Assembly (NCBI GenBank): GCA_036677065.1
Contig: JAKFBS010000003.1
Location: 224,001-288,000 of the forward strand
From: Bdellovibrio sp.
Lineage (GTDB): Bacteria; Bdellovibrionota; Bdellovibrionia; Bdellovibrionales; Bdellovibrionaceae
Length of the DNA: 64,000 bases
Direction: 5' to 3'
The notes below the pieces were generated by a model. That model saw nothing but the letters and a program-made list of their open reading frames with translations, was not told where the DNA came from and searched no databases. How positions within the stretch are numbered: position 1 is the stretch's first letter; every line of letters begins with the position of its first letter. The translations under genes were made by a program, and so were the position numbers. Below, piece after piece: positions 59,046 to 64,000 of the stretch.

Positions 59046-60317
59046 CTACGACTTAAACACCTTCACATCAATATTGTAACTTTTTATCCGGTCATGCAAG
59101 GTCGACTTTGGAATTCCTAAATCAAGTGCCGTTAATTTTTGATTTCCGTGATTGGCTGCAAGTCTTTTTAAAATCATCTGTTTTTCAATCTCACGAATGA
59201 CTGAAAGCGACGGGGCATTGGGTGATTGCGGCATGGCATACTTAGCGCCACTATTCATTGATGGGCCTGCAACAGAAGATAAACGGTCACGTTTATTTAA
59301 TAACAACTCGATATGCTCTTCAGTGATATAAGCTTTCGGGTATAAGGCAGATGCGCGCGCCACTAGGTTTTTTAGTTCACGAATGTTTCCCGGCCAATCA
59401 TGTTTTCTCAGGCGAAGAGTGGCGTTGTAAGAAAAACGCACCTTCATCTCGCGCGAGAATGTGTAAAGTAAATCATCAAAGTCTTCGATACGGTCTTTTA
59501 AGCTGGGTACATCAATAGTAATTACATTTAAACGAAAGTATAAATCGGCGCGAAATAATCCATCTTCAATTTTTTGCTGAAGATTTTGGTGTGTGGCTGC
59601 AATGATGCGAACATCTGTTTTGATGGTACGGTCTGAACCCACAGGACGAATTTCGGCATTTTCAATAGCTCGTAATAGTTTTGCCTGCAGAGCATAAGAT
59701 AAATCACCTATCTCATCTAAAAATAAAGTGCCTCCGCGTGCCGCTTCAAAAGCTCCCTTACGATCGGCAATGGCTCCTGTAAAACTTCCGCGAGTGTGAC
59801 CGAATAATTCACTCTCAATTAAAGTTTCTGTTAATGCCGAACAATTCACACTTAAAAAAGGGGCCTGTCTGCGTGTTGAAGCTTGATGTAAGTTTTTAGT
59901 TAACACATCTTTACCAGTACCTGACGGGCCTAATAATAAAACGGGGTAATCCGTTTCGGCCACTGAACCTAGTGTTTGTAATTGTTGATTCCAAAATTCT
60001 GATTTACTTGATAACGGAAAATGATTTTTAACTTTTGTTAAATCATGAACAACAAAATCGGCATAACCTGCAGAAATTAAATCTCCATCAGCTAAAATAC
60101 TTTCAACAATTTGGACGCTGTTGACGAAGGTGCCTTCTTCGCTGAGTAGATCTTTAATAACTAATTTGTTGTTTTTGACCTCGAGACGAAAATGGCGAGC
60201 TGAAACTCCGGGCATTTGAACCTGAACTGGGCAGTTGCTGTCGCTCCCAATGTTTGCATAATTATCAATATCCCAGCGTTTGTTTGATCCATCTTGCAGT
60301 TCAATTACGTATTTCAT
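59046..60317 (-). CDS. sigma54-dependent enhancer-binding protein with N-terminal FHA-like domain
   Basis: GPSGTGKD, ESELFGHTRGSFTGA, LFLDEIGD, WPGNIREL, Fis-type HTH. Confidence 0.92.
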   Translation of the reverse strand: MKYVIELQDGSNKRWDIDNYANIGSDSNCPVQVQMPGVSARHFRLEVKNNKLVIKDLLSEEGTFVNSVQIVESILADGDLISAGYADFVVHDLTKVKNHFPLSSKSEFWNQQLQTLGSVAETDYPVLLLGPSGTGKDVLTKNLHQASTRRQAPFLSVNCSALTETLIESELFGHTRGSFTGAIADRKGAFEAARGGTLFLDEIGDLSYALQAKLLRAIENAEIRPVGSDRTIKTDVRIIAATHQNLQQKIEDGLFRADLYFRLNVITIDVPSLKDRIEDFDDLLYTFSREMKVRFSYNATLRLRKHDWPGNIRELKNLVARASALYPKAYITEEHIELLLNKRDRLSSVAGPSMNSGAKYAMPQSPNAPSLSVIREIEKQMILKRLAANHGNQKLTALDLGIPKSTLHDRIKSYNIDVKVFKS

Positions 60318-60502
60318 TTCAGTTCCCCTTTGAAGTTCTTGTCTATGGCTATCTTAGTGGCTTATTTCAAAGGCTAAGCCAGCATTTCCGGGTCTGAAAA
60401 TGGCTTATATTTGAGTAGAGTTTAGAGGATTCCAATTTTTAAAAAAACCGGCAAAAAAAATCTAAGATTTGAGAAATTAATTAAAAAGTCATAATATAGA
60501 CC

Positions 60503-61093
60503 ATGCCCGTAAAACAAAAGAAAAAGCACAAAGTCACCTATATCAAAAGTGCCTTCTTGCCCGCTGATTATCCCGTACATAAGAAAAAAGAAGTCGCCTT
60601 CGTTGGAAGATCCAACGCTGGTAAATCTTCATTAATTAATGCCATCTCTGGTTCTGATGTAGCAAAAGTCAGTAATACTCCGGGTAAAACTCGTTTGATT
60701 AATTTTTTCAACTTTGGCGAAAGTTATGTCTTAGTTGATATGCCAGGTTACGGTTTCGCTTCGCGAAGTGGTGATGAAATTCGTGAATGGACGCAAGCGA
60801 TTGAAACTTATATCGATCAACGTGATGAATTAGTTGGTTTAGTTCTGGTTATGGATGTTCGCCGTGACTGGGAAGACGAAGAAAAAATGTTAATGCGTTT
60901 TGCGAACAAAGTTGGTCTTCCGGTTGTCGTAGCGATGACTAAGATTGATCGTTTAAATCAAAAAGAATTAAAAGCGCGTTTAGCGGCGATCAAAGCACAT
61001 GCGCACACAAGTTTATTATTTCCAGTATCAAGTACCAAAGAACAAGGTTACGACGTAATGGAAGATTACATTTATAAGGAATGGATTAAATAA
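60503..61093 (+). CDS. engB: ribosome biogenesis GTPase YihA/YsxC
   Basis: GRSNAGKSSLIN, PGKT, DMPGYG, TKID. Confidence 0.93.
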   Translation: MPVKQKKKHKVTYIKSAFLPADYPVHKKKEVAFVGRSNAGKSSLINAISGSDVAKVSNTPGKTRLINFFNFGESYVLVDMPGYGFASRSGDEIREWTQAIETYIDQRDELVGLVLVMDVRRDWEDEEKMLMRFANKVGLPVVVAMTKIDRLNQKELKARLAAIKAHAHTSLLFPVSSTKEQGYDVMEDYIYKEWIK

Positions 61094-61095
61094 TA

Positions 61096-61818
61096 ATGAA
61101 AATTATTGCAGTTATTCCGGCTCGGTACGCTTCAACGAGATTTCCGGGTAAGCCTTTAGTGAAATTAAAAGACAAGCCGTTAATTCAATGGGTTGTCGAG
61201 GGCGCAAAGTCTGCAAAATTAGTAAGTGAAATTTATGTAGCCACAGACGATCAAAGAATCGCCGATGCAGTGAAGGCTTGTGGCGGAAATGTTCTGATGA
61301 CTCGTCCAGAGTGCCCAACAGGAACTGATCGCATTTTTGAAGCAACCAAAGATTTACAATTTGATGTGGTTTTAAATATCCAAGGGGATGAGCCACAAAT
61401 TACAGCCGAGTATATCGATCTATTAGCAAAAGCATTTATCGATCAACCAGGTTTAGATATGGCAACATTGGCGCATCCTATAGCGGTTGAAGATATCGAA
61501 AACCCGAACGCGGTTAAAGTGATTAAGAATGCAAATAACGAAGCGATTTACTTCAGCCGTTTTGCGATTCCTTATTCGCGTGAGAAATTAGCGGGTGTAC
61601 CAGTTTGTGAAAAACATATTGGTTTATACGGCTACACAAAAACTTTTTTAAATAAATTTTGTACAAGCGAACAATCGGCCATTGAAAAGGCTGAAAGTTT
61701 AGAACAACTACGCGCTCTGCATTTGGGTGCGAGGATTAAAGTTCTGTCAGTGAAAAAGCCAATCCAGGGAGTGGATACACCCGAAGATTTGGCGAAACTG
61801 GAAAGAATGCTCAGCTAA
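61096..61818 (+). CDS. kdsB: CMP-Kdo synthetase
   Basis: IPARYASTRFPGKPL, GTDR, QGDEP, LEQLRAL. Confidence 0.96.
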   Translation: MKIIAVIPARYASTRFPGKPLVKLKDKPLIQWVVEGAKSAKLVSEIYVATDDQRIADAVKACGGNVLMTRPECPTGTDRIFEATKDLQFDVVLNIQGDEPQITAEYIDLLAKAFIDQPGLDMATLAHPIAVEDIENPNAVKVIKNANNEAIYFSRFAIPYSREKLAGVPVCEKHIGLYGYTKTFLNKFCTSEQSAIEKAESLEQLRALHLGARIKVLSVKKPIQGVDTPEDLAKLERMLS

Positions 61819-61854
61819 GCTGAGACAAAAAATGCTATCGTAGGAGATACAGAT

Positions 61855-63486
61855 ATGAAAATGAGTAAAACAAAAAAACGTAACCAAAAATTTATCTTTG
61901 TTACCGGAGGAGTTGTCTCTTCAATCGGTAAAGGCTTAACAGCAGCAAGTCTTGGTTCATTATTAGAATCACGCGGCTTTAAAGTTACGATTATGAAATT
62001 TGATCCCTATTTAAACGTCGATCCAGGCACGATGTCGCCGTTACAGCACGGCGAAGTGTTTGTAACTGATGACGGTGCCGAGACCGATTTAGATTTAGGT
62101 CACTACGAGCGTTTTACCAATGCCGTGTTATTGCGTGCAAATTCTGTAAGTGCCGGTCAGATTTATGATTCAGTTATTACGCGCGAGCGTCGCGGTGATT
62201 ATTTAGGTGGAACTGTACAAGTTATTCCGCATATCACTGATGAAATTAAATCCCGCGCTTATGAAGCGGCTCAAGGCAGTGAAATCGCGATTGTAGAGAT
62301 CGGTGGAACTGTTGGTGATATTGAAGCCCAACCATTCTTTGAAGCTATTCGCCAATTACGCTTAGATTTAGGTGAAAACAATACAGCCTTAGTGCATGTG
62401 ACTTATGTGCCTTACATCGCGGTTGCCGGTGAATTAAAATCAAAACCTACCCAGCACTCGGTGAAAGAATTACGCCAAATCGGCCTACAACCTGATTTCT
62501 TAGTTTGCCGTAGCGAAAAAGAAATCGATGAGAGTTTAAAAGCTAAAATCGGCTTATTTTGCTCGATTAAAAAAGAACATGTTATTTCAGCACAAGATTC
62601 TAAATCAATTTACGAAGTGCCATTAAAATTACACAGCGAAAAATTAGATGAATTAATAGTTGAAAGATTAGCTTTAAAAAAATCTAAAGCTAATGTTACT
62701 GGCTGGCAAAAAATCGTTAAGATTCAAAACAACCCAAAAGCGACTGTTAAAATCGCCGTTGTTGGTAAGTACGTTGATCTTAAAGAATCGTACAAATCAT
62801 TACACGAATCATTAGTGCATGGCGCTTTAGCTAACCAGGTAAAAATTGATATCAAGTATGTAGATTCAGAAAAATTAAATGCAAAGAATGTAAAATCACA
62901 GTTAGGTGATGTCACAGGTATTTTAGTTCCTGGTGGATTCGGTACTCGTGGTGTTGAAGGTAAAATTACCGCAATTCAATATGCGCGCGAAAAGAAAGTT
63001 CCATTTTTCGGAATTTGTTTCGGTATGCAATTAGCAGCGATTGAATTTGCGCGTAATGTGTGTGGCTTACATGATGCGACTTCGCGTGAATTTATCGGCG
63101 AAGGCACACGCGGTGGTAATGTTGTGATCGATTCGATGGTTGAACAGCGTGGGTTAACGGATATGGGCGGCACAATGCGCTTAGGGGCATTTAACTGTAA
63201 ATTATTTCCGAAATCATTAGCTGCACGAGTTTACAAAAAGAATATGATTCAAGAGCGTCATCGTCATCGTTTTGAGTTTAATAATAAATACTTAGATTTA
63301 TTTTATAAAAATGGATTACGTGCGACGGGGCTTAATCCTGAACGTAACTTGGTTGAGATTATCGAAAATGCAAATCACCCTTGGTTTATCGGTGTGCAAT
63401 ACCATCCAGAATTTAAATCGAAGCCATTAGATCCACATCCGTTATTTTCAGCTTTCGTTAAAGCCAGCAGTGGAAAGAAAAAATAG
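61855..63486 (+). CDS. pyrG: CTP synthase
   Basis: [31 protein letters not shown]. Confidence 0.98.
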   Translation: MKMSKTKKRNQKFIFVTGGVVSSIGKGLTAASLGSLLESRGFKVTIMKFDPYLNVDPGTMSPLQHGEVFVTDDGAETDLDLGHYERFTNAVLLRANSVSAGQIYDSVITRERRGDYLGGTVQVIPHITDEIKSRAYEAAQGSEIAIVEIGGTVGDIEAQPFFEAIRQLRLDLGENNTALVHVTYVPYIAVAGELKSKPTQHSVKELRQIGLQPDFLVCRSEKEIDESLKAKIGLFCSIKKEHVISAQDSKSIYEVPLKLHSEKLDELIVERLALKKSKANVTGWQKIVKIQNNPKATVKIAVVGKYVDLKESYKSLHESLVHGALANQVKIDIKYVDSEKLNAKNVKSQLGDVTGILVPGGFGTRGVEGKITAIQYAREKKVPFFGICFGMQLAAIEFARNVCGLHDATSREFIGEGTRGGNVVIDSMVEQRGLTDMGGTMRLGAFNCKLFPKSLAARVYKKNMIQERHRHRFEFNNKYLDLFYKNGLRATGLNPERNLVEIIENANHPWFIGVQYHPEFKSKPLDPHPLFSAFVKASSGKKK

Positions 63487-63488
63487 TT

Positions 63489-64000
63489 ATGTCAAAAATT
63501 ATTGAGCGTGCGCAAAGCGTATTAAAATTAGAAGCCGAAAGCGTTTTAAACTTAGTTTCTAAAATAAATGCTGATTTTGAAAAAGCTGTTGAAATGGTTT
63601 TAGCCTGCAAAGGTAAAGTCGTCGTAACGGGGATTGGTAAATCCGGCCAAATCGCACGTAAAATCGCGAGCACTTTTTCTAGCACGGGCACACCTGCTCT
63701 TTATTTGCATCCAGCAGAATCAAGCCACGGCGATTTAGGCGTGATTGGCGATCAAGATATCGTGATTGCGCTTTCATACGGTGGTGAAACTGTTGAATTA
63801 AACCACGTGCTTAATTTTATTTCTCGTCGTGATATCAAAATGATCGCTATGACCGGAAAACCCGAAAGTTCGTTAGCCCAAGCAGCCACAGTAATGATTA
63901 GCACAGCGGTCGAGCGCGAAGCTTGCCCGTTGAACTTGGCTCCAACATCATCAAGCACAGCCATGCTTGCGATGGGTGATGCTTTAGCGATGGCCGTTCT
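63489..64000 (+). CDS. kdsD: KpsF/GutQ arabinose-5-phosphate isomerase (partial, runs off window)
   Basis: Not in the ORF track; read from DNA: MSKIIERAQSVLKLEAE..TGIGKSGQIARKIASTFSSTGTPALYLHPAESSHGDLG..EACPLNLAPTSS. Confidence 0.92.
   Translation, partial: MSKIIERAQSVLKLEAESVLNLVSKINADFEKAVEMVLACKGKVVVTGIGKSGQIARKIASTFSSTGTPALYLHPAESSHGDLGVIGDQDIVIALSYGGETVELNHVLNFISRRDIKMIAMTGKPESSLAQAATVMISTAVEREACPLNLAPTSSSTAMLAMGDALAMAV

Noticed and set aside
336..63964. Many short ORFs overlapping or antisense to recognised genes (e.g. 336-692, 8632-8985, 20756-21247, 22243-22575, 28333-28713, 46167-46526)
   Set aside because: Shadow frames of well-supported genes, with no motifs or RBS

Overview
Roughly 40% GC (by eye) bacterial chromosomal segment, most consistent with a Bdellovibrionota predator (Bdellovibrio/Pseudobdellovibrio-like). 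The evidence is a TIGR02147 gene, a DgcB-like FHA-GGDEF cyclase next to an ECF sigma factor, MAT-like fibre proteins and an orphan TadA/CpaF. Housekeeping genes are rlmN, pfkB-type kinase, lipA-E2-lpdA-lipB, argS, sfsA, eno, polA, engB and kdsB-pyrG-kdsD. The most notable accessory block is 27.8-42.9 kb. It holds three paralogous mosaic fibre genes with a shared N-terminus and different tips, two of them followed by a partner gene (RCC1 propeller, lipoprotein). Each fibre gene has its own sigma28-like promoter 8-9 nt upstream of an ATG. The block sits back-to-back with a sigma28-like promoter driving a FecR-domain / outer-membrane barrel / class III adenylate cyclase operon. Other signals: a recurring intergenic palindrome GTCTCA-N3-TGAGAC, two near-identical sigma54 promoters, two candidate sRNA loci, a papain-fold protease plus partner, a stanniocalcin-like secreted protein and a truncated pseudo-histidine kinase. 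No rRNA, tRNA, CRISPR array, transposase, integrase or reverse transcriptase was recognised. All calls come from reading motifs by eye; no database searches were run.
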